A stretch of DNA of 64,000 nt from positions 200,405-264,404 of the forward strand of contig DAOKYO010000001.1 in the NCBI GenBank assembly GCA_035326105.1, read 5' to 3'. The notes below the pieces were generated by a model. It searched no databases and was not told where the DNA came from. It saw nothing but the letters and a program-made list of their open reading frames with translations. Positions 8,976-19,109 of the stretch are shown here, in pieces; position 1 is the stretch's first letter, and each line of letters starts with the position of its first letter. Position numbers and translations under genes: made by a program. The stretch is from Bacilli bacterium. GTDB lineage: Bacteria; Bacillota_I; Bacilli_A; RFN20; CAG-826.

Positions 8976-10118
8976 GTGAACGAAACATACATAGTTTATT
9001 GCGAAGTCGTAAATAAGCGCATGCTTGAAAGTAATCTAGGCGAAAAAAAATATCTCCAATATTATCATCGGTTGATTCATGAACTTGGAAAATGTCGAAA
9101 ATACTGCACGGTGGTCGTTAAGGATAACTTAAATTTTTATCTTGTCGTTAATGATCTTCATAATGTCATAAATTGCGACCAATGTATCGATCAAATACTT
9201 TTCAAAATATCCAAGTCAAAACCCGAGGCCTTGCTGACTATTTATAAAGGTATTGCTCAGGGCAATGATAAAACCGCGATTAACAAGGCCATCCATGCCT
9301 TAGACACCGCTATTCAAAAACAGCGGCGCATTGCTTTGTCAAACACAGTTATCGAGAAGTATATCAGCGAAAAAGAAACTATCCGCAACGCCTTAATAAA
9401 GGCAATCTATGAGAATAATCTTTTACTTTTCTATCAACCTAAGGTGGACTTTACTTCGCGCAAAATCCAAGGTTTTGAGGCTCTTTTACGACTTAAAGCC
9501 GAAGATAATTCATACTTTTCGACCGAAAAAGTAATTCGCGTGGCTAAAGAATTTAATTTGATGCGGGCAGTGGATGAATTTCTTTTGAAAAAAGTTACTG
9601 ACGATTACTTATCGCTGGCCCAAAAATATGATCATCCCTCTATTTCCATCAATCTAACAATCAAGGAATTAGAACAGAATTATCATCTTGCCTTACTAAA
9701 ACGCTATGCGGAAGAAAAGCACTTTCCTTTGAACAAACTCTATGTTGAAATAACTCAGGACGAGGACATTGTCGATTTTTCTTTAATTAAATCCATCCTC
9801 GAAGAATTTAAGAAAAATAAAATAAAACTGTCAATTGATGACTTCGGCAGTCGCTACAATAATTTTTATCGATTGGAAAAAATCCGTTATGATGAAATTA
9901 AAATCGACAAATCATTAACTGACCGCTACATTGATTATCCAAATATTTTGGAGTACCTGCCAAAATTATTTATAAACCTCGGTTATGAAGTTGTAATTGA
10001 AGGATTAGAATCGAAAAGTCAACTTAATTATCTACCAAAAATGAAGCATCTCAGTATCCAAGGTTATTACTTCGGTAAACCGCTGAGTTTAGAGGAAATT
10101 CTTCAAGTTAGCCATTAG
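8976..10118 (+). CDS. EAL-domain c-di-GMP phosphodiesterase with an uncharacterised ~140-aa N-terminal domain
   Basis: GTG start preceded by AAAGGGAG. EAL motifs QGFEALLRL, SIDDFGSRYNNF and IKIDKSL are intact. The N-terminal domain has no TM and no recognisable fold. Confidence 0.85.
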   Translation: MNETYIVYCEVVNKRMLESNLGEKKYLQYYHRLIHELGKCRKYCTVVVKDNLNFYLVVNDLHNVINCDQCIDQILFKISKSKPEALLTIYKGIAQGNDKTAINKAIHALDTAIQKQRRIALSNTVIEKYISEKETIRNALIKAIYENNLLLFYQPKVDFTSRKIQGFEALLRLKAEDNSYFSTEKVIRVAKEFNLMRAVDEFLLKKVTDDYLSLAQKYDHPSISINLTIKELEQNYHLALLKRYAEEKHFPLNKLYVEITQDEDIVDFSLIKSILEEFKKNKIKLSIDDFGSRYNNFYRLEKIRYDEIKIDKSLTDRYIDYPNILEYLPKLFINLGYEVVIEGLESKSQLNYLPKMKHLSIQGYYFGKPLSLEEILQVSH

Positions 10119-10489
10119 AAGTTTATAGAAAGCCACTATGGTATGTTTGAAAACGTAAAAACAATCTCCGCTTAAATTGATCGTCGTTTAATTGTTCCAA
10201 TTGCTCCGAAAAGAATAGTCTCACCCTGTTTGGGAGGCAATTTTATACTTTTTTTATGGCTGTTTTTGCTTACCAAAAAGGTAATTTCTTCTATCTTCAC
10301 TATCAACCCCGCCAAAAGTGGTTTTTTGTAACGGGTTTCACGCTTACATTTTATCAGGCTTTTGCCTCCGAACTTGATAAAATTATGACAACCGACAAAA
10401 TTATGGGTATTGTATTATTCATAGAATAATAGTATTGTAGGAAACGAAAATAATTTGGTTATGCATTAACCCCTTTGCCCGCGCCTTCC

Positions 10490-10518
10490 TTGACAGTTGA
10501 TTATCGCAAGGCTATGCT
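10490..10518 (+). promoter_or_regulatory. Candidate promoter of the V-ATPase operon
   Basis: TTGACA (10490-10495), a 17-nt spacer, then TATGCT (10513-10518), about 75 nt upstream of the first ntp gene. Confidence 0.4.
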
Positions 10519-10594
10519 AGAGTAAACCGTGCACTTGCACAGTCATTTTTGTTTTTTGCCTAAAGTGATTTACCTTAGAGGAAGGGATGATAAT

Positions 10595-10906
10595 ATGGAT
10601 GATTTAGTCCGTAAAGTAATTGAACTCGATAAAGAAGGACAAGCCCAGATTTCCGCTCTTGAAAAAGAGAAGGATGAACTTTCAAATGTCCTTAAAACCA
10701 TGCGTAAAAATTTAGCTGATCGCTATGCGGCGGAAACCGAAAAAAAAGAAGCGGCTATCGAGAAAAAAATTAAGGATGATTTTTTACTACGTCAAAAAAA
10801 TATCGACATTGAATCTAAGGAAAAAGAAAAGAATATTCGCGACGCGTATAAGAAAAGCAATCAAGACTGGCTTCAGCAGTTGGTGACCTATTGTTTAGGT
10901 AAATGA
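10595..10906 (+). CDS. V-type ATPase peripheral-stalk subunit (G/H-like; E. hirae NtpF-type)
   Basis: 103-aa charged coiled-coil protein at the head of the ntp operon. RBS GAGGAAGGG lies 8 nt before the ATG at 10595; the track start at 10529 lacks an RBS. Confidence 0.65.
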   Translation: MDDLVRKVIELDKEGQAQISALEKEKDELSNVLKTMRKNLADRYAAETEKKEAAIEKKIKDDFLLRQKNIDIESKEKEKNIRDAYKKSNQDWLQQLVTYCLGK

Positions 10907-10917
10907 GATAAAACATC

Positions 10918-11949
10918 ATGTCATTTGTAGGTAATGCATTAATTGCTAAGATTAAAAATTTACATGCGACCGATTTAACCGCCCAAGATTATCAAGAATT
11001 GCTCCGTAGAGACACTATCCCGGATATAGGAACCTATTTGAAAAAGCATCCGGCTTATCAAGATATTCTTGCCAATGTTAGTGAGGTCACCCTTAACCGC
11101 AGTCGCCTTGAGGGACTGATTAGAAGACAAAAGTTTGATCGGACAATCAAACTTGTCAATTTCATCAGCCTTAAGGATAAGAGTTTTTATATGCTCAGCC
11201 TTATAAAAATGGAACACGAGGTTATATTGGCAGTAATTCGAAGTTATATATCACACGAAGATTACGATGTTGTCGATCAAATCCCTTATTACTTCGATAA
11301 ATACTCGAAAATTGATTTCGTTGCCCTAACCAAAACCGAAAATGTTGAAGAGATGATATCCGCTTTGGGCAATACCCGTTATGCGGCAATGCTAAAGCCG
11401 TATGCGGCAGTTAAAAACGACGATATCCGCTACTATGAGTTTGAGGCGTTATTCGAGAATGATTATTATAATTTTGCCTTCACTCAAACGACAAAGAATT
11501 ATCGCGGTAAATTGCGAAAAGAATTGTTGGATGCATTTAGAACTCGCATTGAGATGGAGAATATGATAAAAATCTATCGGCTGAAGAAATTCTACGGAGT
11601 GGCCGATAGCGATATCAAGGCTATTCTTATTCCGTCATCGCGAATTTCGGAAAGAAAACTTGATGAGATAATCGCCATTAAAAATCCTGACGATATCTTA
11701 AAGGTAATCATCGACTCAGGCGTTGGTCCTTACATGACAAATAAGAATCAGGTCAACTTGGAGTATTATCGCGATCATATGCGCCTGTTAATTGCCAATC
11801 GCTTTATGTACTTTTCCACTCAAGCCCCGGAAGTGTTTCTCGCCTATACGTTTTTAAACGATTTAGAAGTGCAAAATTTAACTTATATCATCGAGGGTAT
11901 TCGATACCAAATTGATGAAAGCGAAATTCGCACGATGCTGGTCTATTAA
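10918..11949 (+). CDS. ntpC: V-type ATPase subunit C (V0 d-subunit homologue)
   Basis: 343 aa. The size, operon position and overall sequence pattern fit the archaeal/bacterial V-ATPase C subunit. Confidence 0.8.
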   Translation: MSFVGNALIAKIKNLHATDLTAQDYQELLRRDTIPDIGTYLKKHPAYQDILANVSEVTLNRSRLEGLIRRQKFDRTIKLVNFISLKDKSFYMLSLIKMEHEVILAVIRSYISHEDYDVVDQIPYYFDKYSKIDFVALTKTENVEEMISALGNTRYAAMLKPYAAVKNDDIRYYEFEALFENDYYNFAFTQTTKNYRGKLRKELLDAFRTRIEMENMIKIYRLKKFYGVADSDIKAILIPSSRISERKLDEIIAIKNPDDILKVIIDSGVGPYMTNKNQVNLEYYRDHMRLLIANRFMYFSTQAPEVFLAYTFLNDLEVQNLTYIIEGIRYQIDESEIRTMLVY

Positions 11950-11961
11950 GGAGGTAAGCCC

Positions 11962-13890
11962 ATGATAAGTAAATTAAAACTAATCAGTCTGACGGTTAAA
12001 GAAGAAAACTTTGAAATTTTATTGAATAATTTCGTAACCTTTTCCGGCTTTCATCCAGTCGATCCCAATACGATTATCTCTTCCGTTCATGGCACTCGCT
12101 CCTTTGAAAGTAATAATCCTTGTGATCCACTGCTTGACGAAATAAAGGAAATTGAAAACAAAATCAATCTCAAGTTTGAATCCAAGAAAATATCTTGCTT
12201 TATTTCTTCTTTAGATGAAATTCATCAATATATCGAAGATGAGCATAAGAAAGTCAGCGACCGGTACAACGAAATCAAAGTGGTCGAAGACGAGATTAAG
12301 ACTTATGAACAAGCCCTGTTTCAAGTGCAAAAAGTCGAGGACATGAATATTGCCTTTGAAGATTTCTTTAATGCTAAATTTGTGTCAATTCGCTTTGGAA
12401 AACTTCCAAGCGATGTTGTTGAACGCTTGCGTTTTTATGAACAGAAACCTTTTATCTTCGTTCCATTTACAGAAGAAGGCGGATATGTTTGGTGCTTGTA
12501 TCTAACCACTCAAGAATACGAGCGGGAAATTGATAACATATTCTCCTCGATGTTTTTTGAAAGAGTCTACATTCCCGAATTCGTTCATGGCGCGCCTCAG
12601 ACGGCCCGAGTTACTCTCAGCAATAAAATTGATGAGGACAAAGCTAAACTCGAGTCCTTGAAAAATGAACTTATTGAATACGTTAAGAGTAATGAAAATA
12701 ACTTTGATAAAGTCAAAGGCGAACTTGAATTTCTCAGTGACATTTATAAAGCTAAGCAATACGCTGTCGGTCTAGGCGAACGGGTAAGTTTGACCGGCTA
12801 TATCGATAAGTCAAGCGTTAAAAAGTTGGAAGAGCATTTTGCCGGTGTCCCTTCCATTGAAATCCAGGTTCAAGACGCGGATGCGGACAAGCGTTTCCAA
12901 CCACCGACTAAGTTAAAGAACAATTGGTTTACAAGACCATTTCAGTTCTTTGTGGAAATGTACGGCGTCCCCTCTTATCATGACATTGATCCAACATTGA
13001 TGGTAAGTATAACTTACTCTCTGCTGTTCGGGATTATGTTTGGTGATTTTGGACAGGGGTTAGCCGTTGCCCTCATCGGCTTTATACTCTCAAAATTAAC
13101 CAAGAATTCCCTCGCGCCCATATTAACGCGGATTGGATTCTCCAGTGCCTTCTTTGGAATTGTATACGGAGAAACTTTCGGAAATGAAACTTTCCTTGAT
13201 CCTTTCTATGGATGGCTAAGCAAAATATTCAACACGGAGATTCACCCACTGCATCCGATGGATAACACGGTGACGATGAATCTATTGCTTGCCACGGTCG
13301 CCATTGGAGCGGCAATAATCCTGTCTTCCATTATAATCAACACGGTGACGAAGTTCCGCGTCAAGAAATATGCGGATGCGCTCTTCTCCTCAAATGGACT
13401 AAGCGGACTTCTGCTCTATGGATTTGTGCTTGCCGGCATCGTTATGCAGATGCTTCTTGGTATTAAAAATGTGTTTAATCCCGTAACTATTATCTTATTT
13501 ATTGTTATCCCGATTATTCTCATCTTCTTCAAAGAACCGATTGAGCGCAAACTAGCTCATCAAGCGATGTTTCCCGAAGGGGTCGGTGGATTTATCACCG
13601 AAGGTTTCTTTGAATTGTTTGAAGTTTTATTATCTTATGTTACTAACACCCTCTCCTTTCTTCGGGTTGGAGGTTTCGTCCTATCACACGCCGGGATGAT
13701 GCTCGTGGTTGCCACGTTGATGAATATGGCAAGCGGGGCTGGTAGTATTGTGGTTTCGGTTCTCGGCAATCTATTTGTTATGGGACTCGAAGGTCTTATT
13801 GTCGGTATTCAGGTTTTGCGGCTTGAATTTTACGAGATGTTCTCCCGTTACTTTGAAGGTGACGGAATACTATTTAATCCAATCTTTTAG
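11962..13890 (+). CDS. ntpI: V-type ATPase subunit I (a-subunit)
   Basis: 642 aa. The N-terminal ~350 aa are cytoplasmic. The C-terminal polytopic domain has the conserved Arg region LSFLRVGGFVLSHAG. Confidence 0.9.
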   Translation: MISKLKLISLTVKEENFEILLNNFVTFSGFHPVDPNTIISSVHGTRSFESNNPCDPLLDEIKEIENKINLKFESKKISCFISSLDEIHQYIEDEHKKVSDRYNEIKVVEDEIKTYEQALFQVQKVEDMNIAFEDFFNAKFVSIRFGKLPSDVVERLRFYEQKPFIFVPFTEEGGYVWCLYLTTQEYEREIDNIFSSMFFERVYIPEFVHGAPQTARVTLSNKIDEDKAKLESLKNELIEYVKSNENNFDKVKGELEFLSDIYKAKQYAVGLGERVSLTGYIDKSSVKKLEEHFAGVPSIEIQVQDADADKRFQPPTKLKNNWFTRPFQFFVEMYGVPSYHDIDPTLMVSITYSLLFGIMFGDFGQGLAVALIGFILSKLTKNSLAPILTRIGFSSAFFGIVYGETFGNETFLDPFYGWLSKIFNTEIHPLHPMDNTVTMNLLLATVAIGAAIILSSIIINTVTKFRVKKYADALFSSNGLSGLLLYGFVLAGIVMQMLLGIKNVFNPVTIILFIVIPIILIFFKEPIERKLAHQAMFPEGVGGFITEGFFELFEVLLSYVTNTLSFLRVGGFVLSHAGMMLVVATLMNMASGAGSIVVSVLGNLFVMGLEGLIVGIQVLRLEFYEMFSRYFEGDGILFNPIF

Positions 13891-13901
13891 GAGGTATTAA
13901 G

Positions 13902-14354
13902 ATGGAATGGATTGTTTTAGCGTTTATTATCGCTGGTATTGCTCTTATTTGTTTACCCCTTATCAAAGTTTTTAAAGGTAAGGTTGCCGCTGTTTCGGCT
14001 AAGAAGCGGGTCGTGCTTCATGTTGCCCTATTCTTTACTTTGCTTGTGATTACCGCCGTTTCGGCGCCGCACGTATTAGGCGCGACTGTCAGCCCCACCG
14101 ATGGTGCTGCTCTCGAACTATACAGTAAGGCTGCTGGCTTTGGCTATTTAGGCGCCGCTCTTTCCACGGGATTAAGCGCGTTGGGTGCCGGTATTGCCGT
14201 CGCCGCCGCCGCTCCAGCTGCTATTGGAGCGATTTCTGAGAATCCTAAAAACTTAGGTAAGTCATTAATCTTCGTTGCTCTTGGTGAAGGTGTTGCCATT
14301 TATGGTTTGCTTATCTCAATTTTAATTCTCAACAATATCCCAACTTTAGCGTAA
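13902..14354 (+). CDS. ntpK: V-type ATPase proteolipid subunit K
   Basis: 150-aa double-hairpin proteolipid with the conserved carboxylate in GEGVAIYGL. Confidence 0.9.
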   Translation: MEWIVLAFIIAGIALICLPLIKVFKGKVAAVSAKKRVVLHVALFFTLLVITAVSAPHVLGATVSPTDGAALELYSKAAGFGYLGAALSTGLSALGAGIAVAAAAPAAIGAISENPKNLGKSLIFVALGEGVAIYGLLISILILNNIPTLA

Positions 14355-14362
14355 GAAGGTTG

Positions 14363-14689
14363 ATGAAAGTGAAGTTCTACGTATTAAGTGATAATGACGA
14401 TACTTTAATCGGTATGCGTTTAGTAGGAATCAAGGGCGAAGTCATACATGAGCGACCGCTACTTTTGAAACGTCTCGGTGAAGTCATGCGCGACGATGAC
14501 ATCGGCATTGTTTTAATCACGACGAAGTTAATCGAAATGGCTCCTAATGTCATCAGTGAACTTAAGTTACGAGCAGGGCACACTTTACTAGTCGAAATTC
14601 CCGACCGCCACGGGCATAGCAAAATTGGCGAATCAATTGATGCTTATGTCAGTAAAGCGATTGGAGTAAGTTTGGAGGGTGGTAAATAA
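14363..14689 (+). CDS. ntpG: V-type ATPase subunit F
   Basis: ~108 aa with an ATP-synt_F-like sequence (KFYVLSDNDDTLIGMRLVGIKG). The ATG at 14363 or the GTG at 14369 are plausible starts. Confidence 0.8.
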   Translation: MKVKFYVLSDNDDTLIGMRLVGIKGEVIHERPLLLKRLGEVMRDDDIGIVLITTKLIEMAPNVISELKLRAGHTLLVEIPDRHGHSKIGESIDAYVSKAIGVSLEGGK

Positions 14690-15282
14690 TGGACGGCCAA
14701 AAAAAGGATAGTTTATATTTTTACTTTAAGAAAACTATCAATGCCGAGGTTGATAAAAGAGTTAAGGCCCTCGAAGAGGAGATTGCCTCTTTAAAACAAC
14801 AAGCTCAGGTATCGATTGAAAAAGAACTTAAAGAAGAGCAAGACAATATTATAAATATTAAAAAGAGTGATTTGGAACGTGAGTATCAGTTAAAACTTGC
14901 TTCCTATCAAAGAAAATTAGATCTCGAAGTAATGGATCATCGGCAAAAGTTACTTGAGGAAATTTTCAATCGTTTAATCAATGAAATAAATGTTTTCGTT
15001 GCCAGTAAGGATTACGAAAAATGGTTTAAGCAGAGTCTTAGTGGCTATAAGCTTGCTGATTACCGCAAGATTGCCATTGATAAGAATGACAAGGTAGCCG
15101 CTAAAATAATCAAGGACACAGATTTGGAACTCGTTTTGGAAGACAACTTAATCGGCGGTTTTATCATTTATTCAAAGGATGAAAAAACACTTTCCGACGA
15201 ATCTTTAAAGAATCGAATAAATGAATCTCATGCTTGGTTCTACGACAATGCCGCTTGGTTTAATGAAGGGGAGGAAAAGTAA
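14689..15282 (+). CDS. ntpE: V-type ATPase subunit E
   Basis: 197 aa. The N-terminal half is coiled-coil and the C-terminal half globular. ATGG overlap with the upstream stop. Confidence 0.8.
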   Translation: MDGQKKDSLYFYFKKTINAEVDKRVKALEEEIASLKQQAQVSIEKELKEEQDNIINIKKSDLEREYQLKLASYQRKLDLEVMDHRQKLLEEIFNRLINEINVFVASKDYEKWFKQSLSGYKLADYRKIAIDKNDKVAAKIIKDTDLELVLEDNLIGGFIIYSKDEKTLSDESLKNRINESHAWFYDNAAWFNEGEEK

Positions 15283-17031
15283 ATGAAAAACACAATTTAT
15301 TCAATTAATGGCCCCGTCATTAAGGTACGTAACACCAGTGACTTCTCCATGTTGGAAAAAGTTTACGTCGGCCCCCTTAAATTAATGGGCGAAGTAATCT
15401 CTATTTCCGATGTCGAAACTGTCATTCAGGTATATGAAAGCACTACTGGTTTAAAAAAAGGCGATGAAGTTGTCGGTACTCACAGTTTGGTTTCAGTTAA
15501 ACTGGGTCCCGGCATCATTAAAAATATTTTTGATGGCATCGAACGCCCCTTGAAGGAAATTGCCTCGGCTAAAGGAATTTTTATTGCCCCGGGCAGTGAT
15601 GTTAATCCACTCGATGAAACTCGGCTTTGGGATGTAAAAATTGTTGGAAAAAACGGATCCAAAGTTCAAGGCGGAGACATATTAGCTACCATTCAGGAAA
15701 CGGATTCAATCATTCATAAAATAATGGTTCCTCCGTTCGTCCAAGGAGAGATAACTAATATTGTAACCGATGGTCAATATCGGATTAATGATATTATTGC
15801 TACGATTAAAACTGATGATGGCAAGGATGAAAAAATTACCCTAGTTCAAGAATGGCCCATTAAAAAGCCACGGCCGATTAAAGAGCAACTTCCACTGGAC
15901 ACACCTTTAATTACCGGACAAAGAATTATCGACACCGTCTTCCCGCTTGCTAAAGGCGGAGCAGCGGCCGTTCCGGGCGGATTTGGTACCGGAAAAACCA
16001 TGATGCAGCACCAATTAGCCAAATGGTGCGATGCCGATTTAATCGTCTATGTCGGCTGCGGGGAGCGGGGAAATGAAATGACGCAGGTTTTGGAAGAATT
16101 CCAAGCCCTCATCGATCCCCACACTCATAAATCATTGATGGAACGGACTGTTTTAATTGCCAATACATCTAACATGCCGGTTGCCGCTCGTGAAGCTAGC
16201 ATTTATACCGGAGTGACCATTGCCGAGTATTATCGGGATATGGGCTATAACGTTGCCCTTATGGCCGATTCAACTTCTCGTTGGGCGGAAGCTTTAAGAG
16301 AGATTTCCGGTCGATTAGAGGAAATGCCGGCCGAAGAAGGTTTCCCGGCATATCTTCCATCCCGTATCGCTCAGTTTTATGAACGGGCGGGAAGTGTCGA
16401 AAACCTCAATAACACTAAAGGCTCGGTCACCATCATCGGTGCCGTATCCCCACAAGGAGCAGACTTTAGTGAGCCGGTTACACAAAACACCAAGCGCTTT
16501 GTACGCTGCTTTTGGGCACTCGATAAGAACTTAGCTTACCAACGGCACTATGCCGCGGTTAACTGGAATATCAGTTATAGTGAATATCTTAATGATCTAT
16601 CCCCCTGGTACAATCGCCATGTGAGTCCGCTTTTCTTAAAAGATCGGGCTCGTATTCGGACTTTGCTGGCTGAAGAGGAAAAACTAATGGAGATCGTCCG
16701 CTTAATTGGTGGCGATGTTTTGCCCGATGATCAAAAGTTGGTTATTGAAATTGGACGCGTCATCCGTGTCGGTTTTCTTCAACAAAATGCTTTTCACCCC
16801 GAAGATACCTATGTACCGCTTAAGAAACAACTCTTAATGATGGATGTTATTCTTTTCTTGTATGATTCTGCCACCAAATTTATCAACGGCAGTCACGCTT
16901 TAAGTCTACTTTTGAAGACTGGCATTTTCGATGAAGTAATTAAGATGAAATACGATATTAAAAATAATGAATTGAAGCATTTTGATGATTTGAAAGAAAA
17001 AATCACCAAAACTATCGAATCCATTAAGTAA
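15283..17031 (+). CDS. ntpA: V-type ATPase catalytic subunit A
   Basis: Walker A PGGFGTGKT. Motifs GERGNEM and PAEEGFPAYLPSRIAQFYERAG. Confidence 0.95.
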   Translation: MKNTIYSINGPVIKVRNTSDFSMLEKVYVGPLKLMGEVISISDVETVIQVYESTTGLKKGDEVVGTHSLVSVKLGPGIIKNIFDGIERPLKEIASAKGIFIAPGSDVNPLDETRLWDVKIVGKNGSKVQGGDILATIQETDSIIHKIMVPPFVQGEITNIVTDGQYRINDIIATIKTDDGKDEKITLVQEWPIKKPRPIKEQLPLDTPLITGQRIIDTVFPLAKGGAAAVPGGFGTGKTMMQHQLAKWCDADLIVYVGCGERGNEMTQVLEEFQALIDPHTHKSLMERTVLIANTSNMPVAAREASIYTGVTIAEYYRDMGYNVALMADSTSRWAEALREISGRLEEMPAEEGFPAYLPSRIAQFYERAGSVENLNNTKGSVTIIGAVSPQGADFSEPVTQNTKRFVRCFWALDKNLAYQRHYAAVNWNISYSEYLNDLSPWYNRHVSPLFLKDRARIRTLLAEEEKLMEIVRLIGGDVLPDDQKLVIEIGRVIRVGFLQQNAFHPEDTYVPLKKQLLMMDVILFLYDSATKFINGSHALSLLLKTGIFDEVIKMKYDIKNNELKHFDDLKEKITKTIESIK

Positions 17032-17040
17032 GGAGAAAAC

Positions 17041-18489
17041 ATGGCATTACAATATATTGGTTTAACTGCAGTTAATGGCCCATTGGTTTTTCTTCAAGGT
17101 GTAAATGGCGTCGGCTATGATGAAGTCGTAGAATTGCGACTTGATAATGGCGAAGTCCGTAATGGACGTGTCATTGAAATCGATGGTGATAAAGTTGCCA
17201 TTCAAGTATTTGAAGGAACGCAGGGACTAGGATTAAAGGAAGCCAAAGTAAAGTTTTTAGGCCGTCCATTAGAGCTTCCACTATCTCAGGAAATTCTCGG
17301 ACGTATCTTTAATGGTGCTGGCGAACCGATTGACGGATTGGGACCGGTTTTCGCTAGTGTTCGCCGTGACGTCAATGGCGAGGCCCTCAACCCAGTATCT
17401 CGGGTTTATCCTCGAAACTATATTCAAACCGGCATCTCTTCAATTGATGTTCTTACGACACTTATCCGCGGACAAAAACTTCCGATATTTACCGGGACCG
17501 GCCTTCCTCATAATGAACTGGCCGTTCAAATTGTTCGCCAAGCCAAAATTGCTGACAAAAATAACGAGAAATTCTGTATTGTCTTTGCCGCGATGGGAGT
17601 TAAGCACGATGTTGCTCAATACTTTGAGCAAGCTTTTGAAGATGCTCATGTTATGGATCATGTAGTAATGTTTACCAATATTGCTAACGACCCGATCATC
17701 GAACGGATTCTTACTCCGCGCTGCGCGTTAACCGCAGCCGAATATCTTGCATTTGAAAAAGGATACAATGTCTTGGTTATCCTTACTGATATGACCGCCT
17801 ATTGTGAAGCCTTACGGGAGTTTTCTTCTTCTAAAGGCGAAATTCCCGGTCGGAAAGGATTCCCCGGTTACTTATACAGTGACCTCGCAAGCCTTTATGA
17901 ACGGGCAGGCATGGTCCATGGTCGGCCGGGTTCCGTCACTCAAATTCCGATTCTAACTATGCCCAATGACGACATTACGCACCCTGTTCCCGATTTGACT
18001 GGGTATATTACCGAAGGTCAAATTGTCTTGGATCGCGAATTATACCAAAAGGGCGTTTTTCCACCGGTTTCGATTTTACCTTCCCTTTCACGTTTAATGA
18101 AAGATGGCATCGGTGCCGAATATACCCGTGAAGATCACCAAGCTATGGCCAATCAACTTTTCGCCAGTTACGCCAAAGTGCAGGAAATTCGTTCATTAGC
18201 CGCGGTAATCGGCGAAGATGAATTAAATGAAACCGATCAAACCTATATGCTGTTCGGCAATCTTTTTGAACAATTTTTCTTAAATCAAAAAGATGAAAAC
18301 CGCGATATCAACTACTCGCTTGATTTAGGATGGGATCTAATTAGTATTCTTCCAACCAGCGAATTATCGCGTCTAGATGAAAAGTATATCACCCAATATT
18401 ATGATCCCAAACGGGCCAGCAAACGTTTCGGAATCACCGATTCTAACCTTGTAAGCAAAATTATTAATCAGGGACAGCAGGCCAAATAA
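17041..18489 (+). CDS. ntpB: V-type ATPase subunit B
   Basis: Motif [23 protein letters not shown]. No P-loop, as expected for the non-catalytic B subunit. Confidence 0.95.
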   Translation: MALQYIGLTAVNGPLVFLQGVNGVGYDEVVELRLDNGEVRNGRVIEIDGDKVAIQVFEGTQGLGLKEAKVKFLGRPLELPLSQEILGRIFNGAGEPIDGLGPVFASVRRDVNGEALNPVSRVYPRNYIQTGISSIDVLTTLIRGQKLPIFTGTGLPHNELAVQIVRQAKIADKNNEKFCIVFAAMGVKHDVAQYFEQAFEDAHVMDHVVMFTNIANDPIIERILTPRCALTAAEYLAFEKGYNVLVILTDMTAYCEALREFSSSKGEIPGRKGFPGYLYSDLASLYERAGMVHGRPGSVTQIPILTMPNDDITHPVPDLTGYITEGQIVLDRELYQKGVFPPVSILPSLSRLMKDGIGAEYTREDHQAMANQLFASYAKVQEIRSLAAVIGEDELNETDQTYMLFGNLFEQFFLNQKDENRDINYSLDLGWDLISILPTSELSRLDEKYITQYYDPKRASKRFGITDSNLVSKIINQGQQAK

Positions 18490-19109
18490 TGAACACCAAC
18501 GTAATTCCAACCAAAGGCAATTTGATGGCCCTCAAAAAATCGCAAAATTTAGCGATTGTTGGGCAGTCACTCATGGACCGGAAGAAGAACATTCTCGTCC
18601 GGGAAATGCTTTTACTATTGCCAAAAGTGGTGGAAATTCGTGATCAGATAAGTTCAACATACGCAAAAGCTTATATGGCTCTTCAAGAAGCCAACATTAC
18701 CCTCGGTATTGTGGAAGACATCGCCAAGGCTATCCCAATTGACGAAAATGTTCATATTACCTATCGTAATGTGATGGGGGTCGATATTCCAGTCGTAAGC
18801 CACGAAACTCAAAAATTTAAACTTTCTTATGGCCTAAGAGCCACCAACACAAAATTTGATTATGCTTACCAGATGTTTCAAAAAGCACGCGATTTAACTA
18901 TTACCCTCGCGGAAATCGACAACGCTGTTTATAAACTTGCCAATGCGATACGTCACAGTCAAAAGCGGGCCAATGCTTTAAAAAACGTCGTTATTCCGAA
19001 TCTTACTGCCAATATTAAATATATCGGCGAAGTTCTAGAAGAGCGCGATCGTGAGGAGTTTGTTCGGATGAAAGTTATTAAGGCGAACAAATTAAATGAT
19101 GGAGACTGA
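18489..19109 (+). CDS. ntpD: V-type ATPase subunit D (central stalk)
   Basis: 206-aa coiled-coil rotor subunit. Its start overlaps the ntpB stop (TAATG). Confidence 0.85.
   Translation: MNTNVIPTKGNLMALKKSQNLAIVGQSLMDRKKNILVREMLLLLPKVVEIRDQISSTYAKAYMALQEANITLGIVEDIAKAIPIDENVHITYRNVMGVDIPVVSHETQKFKLSYGLRATNTKFDYAYQMFQKARDLTITLAEIDNAVYKLANAIRHSQKRANALKNVVIPNLTANIKYIGEVLEERDREEFVRMKVIKANKLNDGD

Noticed and set aside
10529-10594. Upstream in-frame extension (MHLHSHFCFLPKVIYLRGRDDN) of the first V-ATPase gene
   Set aside because: There is no RBS in front of 10529. A strong GAGGAAGGG RBS precedes the ATG at 10595, and the predicted promoter -10 lies at 10513, which would leave no leader.
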